A stretch of 45,687 nt of DNA. It comes from Candidatus Omnitrophota bacterium (GTDB lineage Bacteria; Omnitrophota; Gorgyraeia; 2-01-FULL-45-10). A program made the translations under genes and the position numbers. The notes beneath the pieces were generated by a model. That model was given only the letters and a program-made list of their open reading frames with translations. It was not told the origin of the DNA and made no database searches. Numbering within the stretch: position 1 is the stretch's first letter; each line of letters begins with the position of its first letter. Below, piece by piece: positions 8,853 to 18,216 of the stretch. The stretch lies in contig PLNN01000059.1 in assembly GCA_003142795.1 (NCBI GenBank), positions 36,535 to 82,221 on the forward strand, written 5' to 3'.

Positions 8853-10823
8853 CTATCCGGCATTTTTGCCTGAGCCTTTTTCTTTCTCGCCGTAATACCG
8901 CCTGTAGTAATAGTAATACGCGTCGATCCCTACCTCGGGCATAACATTATTTAATATTATCCCTGAGAGCGATCCCGGCTTGACGCTTTCTATCTGTATC
9001 TTGGCGCGGCGCAGGGCAAGCCTTGAAGTGGCCCCGGCTTTATACACCAAAAGGACTCCGTCCACCTTAGGTATCATAATGGACGGCTCGCTCACGGCCA
9101 GGATAGGAGAAGTGTCTATCAGGATCAGGTCGTATCTTTTTCTGAAGTCGTTTAAAAGGGCGTCCATCTTTTCGGAATTAAAAAGATTTATCGGGTTTGG
9201 GAATATACTGCCCGCCGTAAGGATGTTGAGATTGTTCAGCCATGGCCGGTCTATGATCTTATTGCCCTCGGTCGTCCCCAACATGAGGTCTGTCGCCGTC
9301 TTCACAACGGAATCGAAGGTCACCTTGCCTGTCAGGATATCCAAAAGCCCTCCCTCTTTGCTCTTTAAGCCGAACAGCTTATGGATGTTCGCCCTGCGGG
9401 AGTCGCCGTCGATGAGCAGCGTCTTGTAGCCCATCTGCGCCATGATCACCGCGAGATTGGACGTGATAACGCTCTTACCTTCTTCGGGATTGCAGCTCGT
9501 TACCAATATGATCTTATTTTTTATCTTTTCGCCTTTTCCGAACAGCACCTGCAGGTTCACGCTCAAGATCCGGAAGGCCTCTAAAAAGATAGAGCCTCCC
9601 GGCTGATCGAAGGCGGAGACGGACGTTTCGCATACTGATGTCTTTGCCCCATGCCTTCTTTTGAAAGATATCCCGCCCATGATCCATCTCAGCATCTTTT
9701 TCCACAACCCCGGCCTTTCCATATCTTCGCCGGCCGTCTTGCTCGAGCAGTACGGAATGACGCCCACCACGCTGACCTTTATGAAATTTTCTATGTCATC
9801 GACCCTGCCTATTGAAGTATCGATATGCTCCGTCACCAGCGCAACGGTTACGCCGAGGACAGCGCCCAGGATTAGGGCCATCGCGTAGTTTTTCGCTTTG
9901 TTGGGATATGAAGGGTATCTCGGCGGGATGGCGGGATTGACTATCAGGACATTGTCCACTTTTTCCGCTTCTTTTATCTGCGCCTCCGGCAGTTTCTGTT
10001 TCAGGGAAGTGTAGAGGGCCTCGTTCACCGTTATGTCCCTCTTCAGGATGCTGTACTCGAATTCCTCTTTCGACAGGTCGTGCAAAGACCCTTTCAACTC
10101 GCTTATCTCTTCATCCATGCGCACAACTTCCGGATGTTTTTCAGTAAATTTTGTCATCAGGTCCATGCGTTTCTTTTCCAACTCAGAGATCTGGTTCACT
10201 ATGTTCACACCGGACCCAATGACACCTTGCTTTGTAAGTTCGCGCATCCTCGCATCCTGCGCTTTCAGCTTTGCCGAGATCCTCCTAAGCGTCTTCTCTA
10301 TGAAGGCCCGGACATTATGGGCCTGCTGGTTCTTCTGTTCGAGATTGATATTTTTGAATGCATCGGCGATATTGTTGGCCAGGTTTGCCGCCTTCTCGGG
10401 ATCCTGGGAAGAGACCTGCAGCCTGATCATGTTTGTCTTCTCTATCTCCTGCGCCTCGACGCCGGCGCTCATCTCGCTGATGATCCCGTTCTTGACCTTG
10501 TCGGTCATGCCGTCCGTTATCAGTCCCATATTTTTCCCGGCCAGTTCCAGGACAGGCCTCGAGACGATCTGCCTGGTATAGTCCGAGAGATTGGTCGTCG
10601 CGGCTGTCCAGTATTGAGCGCTCGACGGAAAGACCACCTCGGAGGGTATACTCAAAGTGGGGATTATCTTCAGTAGGACCGTGGCGGAATATATGGGCCT
10701 TTGAAAACTTGTATAGACGAATATGCTTATAAAAACGGTAAAGAAAGAGATTATCACCGACAGCCTTCGCTTCAGGAAGATATTCCAATAATCTCTTAAA
10801 TTCAGTTCGTAGAGTTGAGCCAT
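8853..10823 (-). CDS. wzc: Wzc-like polysaccharide co-polymerase / BY tyrosine autokinase
   Basis: Wzz-type N-terminus (ELNLRDYW, PIYSAT), coiled-coil, second TM helix, Walker A SCNPEEGKS, A' LLIDGDSRR, Walker B LIDTSP and C-terminal tyrosine cluster AYYYYYRRYY. TTG start. Confidence 0.9.
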   Translation of the reverse strand: MAQLYELNLRDYWNIFLKRRLSVIISFFTVFISIFVYTSFQRPIYSATVLLKIIPTLSIPSEVVFPSSAQYWTAATTNLSDYTRQIVSRPVLELAGKNMGLITDGMTDKVKNGIISEMSAGVEAQEIEKTNMIRLQVSSQDPEKAANLANNIADAFKNINLEQKNQQAHNVRAFIEKTLRRISAKLKAQDARMRELTKQGVIGSGVNIVNQISELEKKRMDLMTKFTEKHPEVVRMDEEISELKGSLHDLSKEEFEYSILKRDITVNEALYTSLKQKLPEAQIKEAEKVDNVLIVNPAIPPRYPSYPNKAKNYAMALILGAVLGVTVALVTEHIDTSIGRVDDIENFIKVSVVGVIPYCSSKTAGEDMERPGLWKKMLRWIMGGISFKRRHGAKTSVCETSVSAFDQPGGSIFLEAFRILSVNLQVLFGKGEKIKNKIILVTSCNPEEGKSVITSNLAVIMAQMGYKTLLIDGDSRRANIHKLFGLKSKEGGLLDILTGKVTFDSVVKTATDLMLGTTEGNKIIDRPWLNNLNILTAGSIFPNPINLFNSEKMDALLNDFRKRYDLILIDTSPILAVSEPSIMIPKVDGVLLVYKAGATSRLALRRAKIQIESVKPGSLSGIILNNVMPEVGIDAYYYYYRRYYGEKEKGSGKNAG

Positions 10824-10838
10824 TATTCCCTTCTGCGC

Positions 10839-11645
10839 TTAGTTACTCGGGACATCTTTTACCGGCCTGTGTATAAACCATGCTCTGGCTTCTTTTGCTA
10901 CGGAGGAGAAGTTCGTGCCCGCGGTAAATATGGTCGTGGCGGTATTCAGGACCGGCTGTATTTCGTTCAGGAATTTGTTAAAGTCGGCGATAGTCGACCT
11001 GGGCACATATACCACATCATTCGGCTTAAGAATAATATCGGAGCTTGAAGTGCCTTTCCTTATGGCGGTAAGCATATCTACCCTTCGGACCTTCGGATGC
11101 TCGGTAAGATTGTCGCTTATGACCATGATGCTTTCCCTGCGGCCGTCCGGCGTAAAATCGCCGGCCATGGCCACCGCCTCAAGAAGATTTATAGTTCCCT
11201 TAAAGGTATAGATGCCCGGATAGCTGACCTGCCCTAAAACAAGTATCTTATTGCCTACCGATTCCTTGACGGAAACTGTAACCTGCGGCAGCCTGACGTA
11301 CTCGGACAGTTTCTCCGTGATCATCTGCTGGAGCTGGTCGATGGTCATGCCGGCCGCTTTTATCGTGCCAACCAAAGGATATGACAATTTGCCATCCGGC
11401 CTTACAAGAACGTCACGGGTAAGATCCGTGTTCTGCCATACGTAAATTTCGAGCAGGTCGCCGGCGGCTATGTAATATTCCGCGACAGCCTCACCCATCG
11501 AGCTCGTATTTGTAGGGATTGTGCCGTAGGAAGTGCTTCGAAGTCTTATGAATTCCTTTGCCTGGGGAAATGCCGGCTGGCCGGCAATACAAATTATCGC
11601 GATGAATATAAAAAATACCCTATTTTTCAGCGCACTCTTTAACAT
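10839..11645 (-). CDS. wza: Wza-like polysaccharide export protein (Poly_export + SLBB)
   Basis: YYIAAGDLLEIYVW, VRPDGKLSYPLVG, VLGQVSYPG and LKPNDVVYVP; N-terminal signal sequence. Confidence 0.88.
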   Translation of the reverse strand: MLKSALKNRVFFIFIAIICIAGQPAFPQAKEFIRLRSTSYGTIPTNTSSMGEAVAEYYIAAGDLLEIYVWQNTDLTRDVLVRPDGKLSYPLVGTIKAAGMTIDQLQQMITEKLSEYVRLPQVTVSVKESVGNKILVLGQVSYPGIYTFKGTINLLEAVAMAGDFTPDGRRESIMVISDNLTEHPKVRRVDMLTAIRKGTSSSDIILKPNDVVYVPRSTIADFNKFLNEIQPVLNTATTIFTAGTNFSSVAKEARAWFIHRPVKDVPSN

Positions 11646-11710
11646 GCCGCCATCCGTTTCTTATATATAATATAATTACATCCTAAGCCTGATGTCTCCA
11701 TGTAAATATA

Positions 11711-12874
11711 TCATATATTAAGCATACTTGTCAAATAACGCACGGCTCCGCTGCAAAGCCTTTCCAGATAGCCTCTCTTTCCCATGATCTCCCTGGGCGG
11801 CCAGCACACCCTTTTAAAAACATTTACATGGTCTTTGAAAGATCCCGCCTCCGATATTTCAAATAATATGTAGCTCAGGAAGCTGTCGAGAAGCCTCCTC
11901 CTGAACCTGCTTCTCAGCATGACCCTTTTATTTGCAAAGGTCGTTATGAAAATACGTTTCGGCAGGGAAAGGCGCAATTTGCCCAATATATCTTTGGGAA
12001 AGTTCACATCGAAAATTGAGTCGGTAACTTTAAGCGCGGCGTAAAGCGAACCACGGAGCCGCCACTTGACGGCCTTTTCGGCTAATGCGTCCCAATCGAT
12101 ATCGTTTCCATATTTATCTATCAGGCGGTCTATATCACAGAGATATTTAAGTTTTCGGAAAGAGTCGCTGTTCACCAGATGCGCTGAAAGATAGAGTAAA
12201 AGTTCCTCGGGTTTAAGGTCGTAGAAAGAGACCCCTTCCCACTTCGTCTCTTCCGCGCCCTCCCAAAGCCCCTCTATTCTTTCCGTCGAGCGGACCATCA
12301 TCGTGATATCCCAGTGCAGTTCGATCATCCTTGCCCTGGGCTTATGGAAGGTGTGGCACCATTCGTATGAACTGATCTCGTCGGCCGGTGCGCGGGCATA
12401 ACCCAGTTCTTTTAGCGCCGCGCCTGCGCGGTCTTTATCTTTTTCGCGAACCAGGAGGTCCACATCTACGCTACGGTCCCGGCTTGCTATATCCCCGTAA
12501 AGCCTGTGGGCGAGCGTGATCCCTTTTAGCGGTATCACGGCTATATCGAGCGCGGAAAAATGTTCCAGGACCCTGACCAGTTCATCTTTGTAATATTCAT
12601 TGACCGCGGAACTCGCGGCGTGGGAGACCCGTAAAGACTGAAGCGATCTTTCACCGATTTTGTCTACGGGAACGTAAAACCGAAGAGCGCGGTATACGAG
12701 CGAAGATACTCCTCTTTCGCGCGCCGTCCTTGCGATAGTCTCGAGATCGGCGCCTTCTTTTATGAGGCCGAGGAGCGCCTCTTCATGCGTGGCAGCGTCC
12801 TTTTTTAAGGAGGCGGCGAGGAGCCTTTCCGTGCGTTTATCCAATACCGTTGATCTGGCCCGCGAATAATTCAT
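11711..12874 (-). CDS. Nucleotidyltransferase family protein (NTP_transf_5-like, RiPP/lasso-cluster-associated type)
   Basis: PLKGITLAHRLYGDIASRDRSVDVDLLV (LKG...DxD), IELHW and LKYLCDI motifs. Confidence 0.85.
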   Translation of the reverse strand: MNYSRARSTVLDKRTERLLAASLKKDAATHEEALLGLIKEGADLETIARTARERGVSSLVYRALRFYVPVDKIGERSLQSLRVSHAASSAVNEYYKDELVRVLEHFSALDIAVIPLKGITLAHRLYGDIASRDRSVDVDLLVREKDKDRAGAALKELGYARAPADEISSYEWCHTFHKPRARMIELHWDITMMVRSTERIEGLWEGAEETKWEGVSFYDLKPEELLLYLSAHLVNSDSFRKLKYLCDIDRLIDKYGNDIDWDALAEKAVKWRLRGSLYAALKVTDSIFDVNFPKDILGKLRLSLPKRIFITTFANKRVMLRSRFRRRLLDSFLSYILFEISEAGSFKDHVNVFKRVCWPPREIMGKRGYLERLCSGAVRYLTSMLNI

Positions 12875-14585
12875 TGTATTTTATATCGCTCTCGGCGAAT
12901 GCCTTTGCTGTGCCTGCATCCATCTTGGACGGACTTTTAAGGAAATAGACCGTATCCATCTTCCTGGCGGAAGAGAGCCTGTGAGAGATCATGACAAGTG
13001 TCGACCCGGGATAGGCGCCTATTATGTTATCGACTATTCTTTCCTCTAATCCTGAATCGAGCGACGAGCAGGCCTCGTCCATTATCAGTATCTTCGGCTT
13101 CTTCGCGAGCGCGGCGGCGATCGCCATCCTCTGCCGTTGGCCCTGCGAGATCACCGACACCATGTCTTCCAGTATGGTGTTATACCCGTCGGGAAGGCCC
13201 TCGATGAAAGAATCGATCTCGGCCAATCGCGCCGCGCGCCGGACTTCGGAAGCGTCTATCGAGCGCCCGCCCCATGCCATGGCCTGGGCGATGCTGCCGC
13301 TCCATAGGGACGGTGCCTGAGGGACGAGCCCCGTCTGGCTGTAGATCGATTTCAACGACATCTCTCTCACGTCGCAGCCGTCCAGAAATATTCCGCCGCT
13401 ATTTACATCATACAGCCTCAAGATCAGGTTCGCTATCGTAGTCTTGCCACTCCCGGACGCGCCTACGAGCGCCGCTTTCGATCCGGGCATTACGGTAAAA
13501 TTGATCCTGTCGAGGACGAGATCATTGCCTCCTCTGTACCCGAAAGAGACGTTTTTAAAATTTATTCCTGGGCGCGAGAATTTTACATAGGGCGCGCCGG
13601 ATCTTTCTTTTACATATACCGGCGCATCCAAAACCTCCGCCATGCGCTCCAATGATAAACGGTTCAGGACGATCCGCTCGAAGACCGTCACAAGCGCCGT
13701 ATAGGCTGCCGTGCCCTGGGACATGTAGGCCAAGATAGCGCCGAGAGAGCCGAGAGTCATCTGCCCTTTTATGACCAGTAAGGTTCCGACGAGGCCTACC
13801 GTTCCGAAAAATAGTTTTCCGGATATTTCTGACAGCGCGTCCGAAATAGAATCGAGTTTCGTGGTCGCGGCTTCCGAACGTATCGAATCGAAAAATATAT
13901 GGAAATATTTCCGCACGACGGCGGCCATGGTGCCGGAGGCCTTTATAACGTAAATTTGCGAAAAGATCTGGGTCAGAGCCCTGGACATATCCCAACCCTT
14001 CTTATAAAACGCCCTGGCTAATGCCTCCTGTCGTCTGGCGAAAAATCGCGCCTGGGCTATGACTATAACTTGATAGCACAGTATAAGGATCAATATCTTG
14101 ACATTTATGAACGCAATGATGAGCGTGATGAGTATCAACCGGAGGACTGCTTTGATAAGCTCGGGGGCTGTCGAGGCTATAACGCCGGAACAGACGGTGA
14201 TATCCGCATTCAGCCGCGAGGCATACCCGCCGATAGACTTGTCGCGAAACGATTCGAGCGAAAGTTTTTGTGTCTTCCTGAATACGCTCCTCGCGAGATC
14301 GACCTTTATCTTTCGCGTCGTGGAATTTTTAAGGACCGAGGCCCCCCTGTCAGAAACCTGCCGTAAGAGATAAATTACGCCGCCTATCAGCGTGTATATG
14401 AAAAATGATCTCATATCCCTGCCAAGGATGCCGTTATCGAGGATCAATTTCCCTATATACGGCCCGAAGAGAGAAAATATTATGGAAACGACGCCGCATA
14501 ACAGCAGCGCCGAGCCGGCCTTCCAGTAGCGGATGAGGTAAGAGTTAAACCTTAAAAAAATTTTTATCTTATCGACGCGCGGCAC
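12837..14585 (-). CDS. ABC exporter (TMD + NBD), no C39 peptidase domain
   Basis: About six TM helices, Walker A GASGSGKT, signature ISQGQRQR, Walker B ILIMDEA, H-loop SHRLS. Confidence 0.92.
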   Translation of the reverse strand: MPRVDKIKIFLRFNSYLIRYWKAGSALLLCGVVSIIFSLFGPYIGKLILDNGILGRDMRSFFIYTLIGGVIYLLRQVSDRGASVLKNSTTRKIKVDLARSVFRKTQKLSLESFRDKSIGGYASRLNADITVCSGVIASTAPELIKAVLRLILITLIIAFINVKILILILCYQVIVIAQARFFARRQEALARAFYKKGWDMSRALTQIFSQIYVIKASGTMAAVVRKYFHIFFDSIRSEAATTKLDSISDALSEISGKLFFGTVGLVGTLLVIKGQMTLGSLGAILAYMSQGTAAYTALVTVFERIVLNRLSLERMAEVLDAPVYVKERSGAPYVKFSRPGINFKNVSFGYRGGNDLVLDRINFTVMPGSKAALVGASGSGKTTIANLILRLYDVNSGGIFLDGCDVREMSLKSIYSQTGLVPQAPSLWSGSIAQAMAWGGRSIDASEVRRAARLAEIDSFIEGLPDGYNTILEDMVSVISQGQRQRMAIAAALAKKPKILIMDEACSSLDSGLEERIVDNIIGAYPGSTLVMISHRLSSARKMDTVYFLKSPSKMDAGTAKAFAESDIKYNELFAGQINGIG

Positions 14586-15102
14586 TTATCTTCTCCTCCA
14601 ACCCGGGCCAGAAGCTTCTTTCCTTAACGAATTCCATTTCATACGCCGGGATATTTTTTACAAGATCGCAGGCCGTGGAAAATATTTTCTTAAGAGGCTC
14701 GTCCCCCGTGGCCGCGAGAAAGTGGATGTGGTTCGACAAAATATTAGCCAGGGCTTTTTCAGGCGGTAGATATCTGAACGAGACGCGGTTAGATTTTTTG
14801 ATGAAAAATATCGCGGCGGCCTTTCCTTTCAGGCCGCGCTTCAATTTTATAAAAGGCTGCTGTCTCCACGGGGTTTGAAAAGCGTAATAATGCCTGCCGC
14901 ATTTTCTTATCGCGATGATATCGTCGCCTAAAACCGTGTATTTTCTGGAAAGGGCCGCTATCGTGGATTTGCCGGCGCCGGATACGCCCAAAAAAAGGAA
15001 CGTCTTTCCGCCTTTAACGACGGCTGAGGCGTGCAGCAGCATTCCGTTGTTCAGCGCCAGCATCTGGGAGTATAGATATGAGGCGAGCCTGCTATTACGC
15101 AC
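14569..15102 (-). CDS. HPr-kinase-related P-loop kinase (ScmC-like), short form
   Basis: LLHASAV, Walker A GVSGAGKST, LGDD and TPW motifs. The GTG start overlaps the 3' end of the precursor gene. Confidence 0.8.
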   Translation of the reverse strand: MRNSRLASYLYSQMLALNNGMLLHASAVVKGGKTFLFLGVSGAGKSTIAALSRKYTVLGDDIIAIRKCGRHYYAFQTPWRQQPFIKLKRGLKGKAAAIFFIKKSNRVSFRYLPPEKALANILSNHIHFLAATGDEPLKKIFSTACDLVKNIPAYEMEFVKERSFWPGLEEKISAARR

Positions 15103-15460
15103 CGCCGCCCGAGCCGCTTGAGCATTTTGAAGCGCTGGAGCCGCTTCCGCACATAGGACCTAATGGGGTTGAGCCCCTGGTGCAATCGCCGGGAAAACTA
15201 GAGCCAATGTCGCAGTTTATAACGGCGTCTGTGCCGTTCAGGCAGCTTTCGAGAGCGGTAGTGCCGTTATTGCAATTCAGGGTCTGAGGTTGATTGCCTT
15301 GCTGACATTTTGCCGGACCGCCCTGCGGCTCGGTGCCGTTGGAGCAGGCAGAGCCGATATCGCCGGAGCTGCAGCCCGTTGCGCCCATCGGCGTAAAACC
15401 GGGCTTTCCCGATTCAGGATCGGTTACAAGAGGAGGGACATATTTCTTCTTCATACTCAT
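15095..15460 (-). CDS. Putative RiPP precursor: lasso-type leader plus nine CxxG repeats
   Basis: 121 aa. Leader KKKYVPPLV (YxxP-type RRE-binding motif). Core CSSG, CSNG, CQQG, CNNG, CLNG, CDIG, CTRG, CGSG, CSSG. AGAAGGT RBS upstream. Adjacent to RRE and rSAM genes. Confidence 0.82.
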   Translation of the reverse strand: MSMKKKYVPPLVTDPESGKPGFTPMGATGCSSGDIGSACSNGTEPQGGPAKCQQGNQPQTLNCNNGTTALESCLNGTDAVINCDIGSSFPGDCTRGSTPLGPMCGSGSSASKCSSGSGGGA

Positions 15461-15496
15461 ATATTTTACCTTCTAAATCGGTTATTGTCAATCCCT

Positions 15497-16831
15497 CTAA
15501 CGGGAGATATTTTTCTTTTTCCAGCAGTATATGTCGCGATTTTTTATTCCACCGGGATTATAATAGGGGTAACAGCGATGGCCCAAAAAACACAGATACT
15601 GATAGACGCACCCTTTACATTCCGGTATTTCGTCCAGGTCCACTTCCATCGGTTTGCGGAAAGAATTCATCGTTTCCGAATTTTGCCATATATCGGCCAG
15701 GCTCTTCTCTTTCAGATTCCCGCACTTCACGTCCCACATTATTTCACAGGGCGTGACCCACCCGTCCGGCCGCACTGCGCATTTCGAGCCCGCGGCCCCG
15801 CAAGGCCCGACGATTATCTTGTCATTGGAAGGTTTGTGGTCCTTGACCTTATCGAGTTTTTTCTTCTGGCAGAGATACGAGCTGTCCGGATATATGAAAC
15901 CCTCAAATTCTTGGCTGGCCTGCCAGACCGCCTCTATCGCCTCTCTTTCTTCATCGGGCGACAGGTAAAGCTCTTCTACAAAACACGCGGCGTTCCCCCC
16001 AAAAAATACGTGGTTGAATCGTATGGCGGCTGCGTCCAGTTTTTTCCCGGCGACCACCATATCCCGGACATCTTTATAGTTGAGCTTGGTAAGCGTAACC
16101 GAAAGAAGGACGGATAACCCCTCGTTTCTTAGCGCGCGGATGCCTTTTATGCATCTCTCGAATGTCCCGGCGCCCCGCATCCGCTCCATGATCTCCGGCG
16201 TCGAACCGTCAAAACTCACTACGGTGCTCGTGATCTTGTGGGCCTTGAGCCACCGCGCCATTTCGACATCTATAAGAGTGCCGTTCGTATTGAGAGAGAT
16301 GCTGATCGGATATTTATTTATCCGCTCTATTATGCGCCTGAAGTCCGGATGGCATAGCGGCTCGCCCCCAAAAATATTTATAGCCTTTGTCCCGCCTTCG
16401 CCCATCGCGTCTATAACGTCCACGATCTTCTCGTACGTCATGACGGGCTCCGGCCGGGACTGGGAAGAGCCCGAGGCGCGGTTTATGCAATGCCTGCAGT
16501 TCAGATTACATTTTGATGTAATGCCGAGGCATACGGAGAGAGGAAGATCAGTAATAGAGGAATAATTTTCCAGGAAACCCATCTTCCCCAGCGAGTCCAC
16601 AAATGTGTCATAATCTTTCCGGGCCGTTTTTTCGTCCACGATCTCGAAATCTCGCGACATCTCTTCGATTATCCCGCGCGCCATATTTTTTCCGTCCAGG
16701 CGGGACCAGATGAATTTCCCGGTTTCATTAAGGATGTTGATCTTCCCCGTGTCGGGATCGAAAAGAAGGCCTATCTCTTCTTCTTCCCTGAAGACTATAT
16801 CCGGCTTGCGTTTGTAGTTGATGATTTTCAT
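15497..16831 (-). CDS. scmE: PqqD/RRE-fused radical SAM/SPASM enzyme (ScmD+ScmE-like)
   Basis: N-terminal RRE (LLFDPDTGKINILNETGKFIWSRLDG). CNLNCRHC, GGEP and NTNG. SPASM CGAAGSKCAVRPDGWVTPC...CKGCVYQYLCFLGHRC...C. The symbol is by resemblance to the SynChlorMet cassette. Confidence 0.8.
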   Translation of the reverse strand: MKIINYKRKPDIVFREEEEIGLLFDPDTGKINILNETGKFIWSRLDGKNMARGIIEEMSRDFEIVDEKTARKDYDTFVDSLGKMGFLENYSSITDLPLSVCLGITSKCNLNCRHCINRASGSSQSRPEPVMTYEKIVDVIDAMGEGGTKAINIFGGEPLCHPDFRRIIERINKYPISISLNTNGTLIDVEMARWLKAHKITSTVVSFDGSTPEIMERMRGAGTFERCIKGIRALRNEGLSVLLSVTLTKLNYKDVRDMVVAGKKLDAAAIRFNHVFFGGNAACFVEELYLSPDEEREAIEAVWQASQEFEGFIYPDSSYLCQKKKLDKVKDHKPSNDKIIVGPCGAAGSKCAVRPDGWVTPCEIMWDVKCGNLKEKSLADIWQNSETMNSFRKPMEVDLDEIPECKGCVYQYLCFLGHRCYPYYNPGGIKNRDIYCWKKKNISR

Positions 16832-17097
16832 ATACTCCGAACTTTTATAAGTTTTCTTTTTTCAAGGTCTTTCACGAATCTGGCCGCGTCGTTCTTCGCA
16901 ACCGGCATTCCTATGCCGTACTCCCTCACCAGATGCCGTATTATATCATCTATGCTCTTCCGGCCCTTGCAAAAATCCCAGACCGCGGAAGCGGTATCGT
17001 TCAATACATATGATTTATGGGTGGTCGTATTAAATACTACTTTATTGGGCGGGAAATCCGCCGTCAGCACATCTTTTGATCGCTCTATTTTACGCAT
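16828..17097 (-). CDS. Stand-alone PqqD family RiPP recognition element
   Basis: 89 aa, VFNTTTHKSYVLNDTASAVWDFCKG...DAARFVKDLEKRKLI, the classic PqqD pattern. Confidence 0.88.
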   Translation of the reverse strand: MRKIERSKDVLTADFPPNKVVFNTTTHKSYVLNDTASAVWDFCKGRKSIDDIIRHLVREYGIGMPVAKNDAARFVKDLEKRKLIKVRSI

Positions 17098-17113
17098 ATA
17101 AGTTTAGCCCCCT

Positions 17114-17140
17114 GAAAAATAGGGACACATCCCATTTTTC
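17114..17140. repeat. REP-like palindrome, copy 1
   Basis: GAAAAATAGGGACACATCCCATTTTTC, a hairpin overlapping the stop codon of the 17139..18203 gene. Confidence 0.85.
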
Positions 17141-18203
17141 ATATAATTCTCGATCCCGGGAAGAGGCCTTCCTCATACGCGGCCTGACAGAACGAGAGCG
17201 GCGCCGACACAGAGCCTTTCGAGTAATACGCCTCCGCCCTGCACTTACCCAGGCAATAATATCTCAACATACAGCGGCCGCATATCCCGGACATCCTGGC
17301 CGGAATATTTTCCCTGATCTCTCGCAAAACGGGATGATCGCTCCAGATGTCCTTTATCCTGTCCTTACCTATCCTGCCCAGGACCAGCCTGTCGACATTC
17401 GATCCTATGCCGCATATGGAGATCGCGCCGTCGCCCAAAATGCCCAATATGTTGAATATACTGCAAGTGCTGATGCTCTCTATGCGCATATTCTTAACCT
17501 GTTTAAAAGCAGGAGGTATATCGAATATCACCCTTATCGGGGACAGGACATTCATCTCTTCATTAAGCTCGTTATAAAAATCTATCGTCTCTTTAACAGT
17601 CAATGTCTCTTGCCGTTCCTGCATGAGATCGGCGCGGCACATGCCCTGAATCAGATTTATTTTAACAGAGGAAGCGCCGAGAGACCGCGATAACTTTATT
17701 GTAGATTTTATATTATCTTTATTCCCTCTCCAAAGAGACGTTATTACCTGTATGCTGAGGCCTTCTTTTTTTAGCGCGGCGATCCCCTTGAGGGCGTCGT
17801 CAAAAGAACCTTTTACGCCCCTCAAGGCTTCGTGAATTCCGGCGTTCGGCCCATCCAGAGATACTGCGATAAGCGTTGCTTGCGCCTGCCTTAAGGCCTT
17901 CGCCTCTTTCTCTCTTATGAAGACGGCGTTCGTTTCCATACTGAGCCTTATCGATTTTTCGCGGACGTATTCCAGGAGGCCGAATATGTCATTCCTTGTG
18001 AACGGCTCGCCGCCCGTCAGCTTGACCGATCTCATTCCGAGCTCGCGACACTCTTCAAGGCAGGAGATTATATCATCGAGCGGCGCCTCATCTTCTCTTA
18101 AGCCCCGACTATCCGCGTAAGGAGGGTTTATCCAGCAGTGCCTGCACTTCAGGTTGCAGTATTTAAAATATAGATATACGGTGCGAAGAGCGAATTTGTC
18201 CAT
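17139..18203 (-). CDS. scmF: Radical SAM/SPASM enzyme (ScmF-like)
   Basis: CNLKCRHCWINP, VKLTGGEP and METN. SPASM CSIFNILGILGDGAISICGIG...CGRCMLRYYCLGKCRA...C. The symbol is by resemblance. Confidence 0.8.
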   Translation of the reverse strand: MDKFALRTVYLYFKYCNLKCRHCWINPPYADSRGLREDEAPLDDIISCLEECRELGMRSVKLTGGEPFTRNDIFGLLEYVREKSIRLSMETNAVFIREKEAKALRQAQATLIAVSLDGPNAGIHEALRGVKGSFDDALKGIAALKKEGLSIQVITSLWRGNKDNIKSTIKLSRSLGASSVKINLIQGMCRADLMQERQETLTVKETIDFYNELNEEMNVLSPIRVIFDIPPAFKQVKNMRIESISTCSIFNILGILGDGAISICGIGSNVDRLVLGRIGKDRIKDIWSDHPVLREIRENIPARMSGICGRCMLRYYCLGKCRAEAYYSKGSVSAPLSFCQAAYEEGLFPGSRII

Positions 18204-18216
18204 AATTATATCGGGT

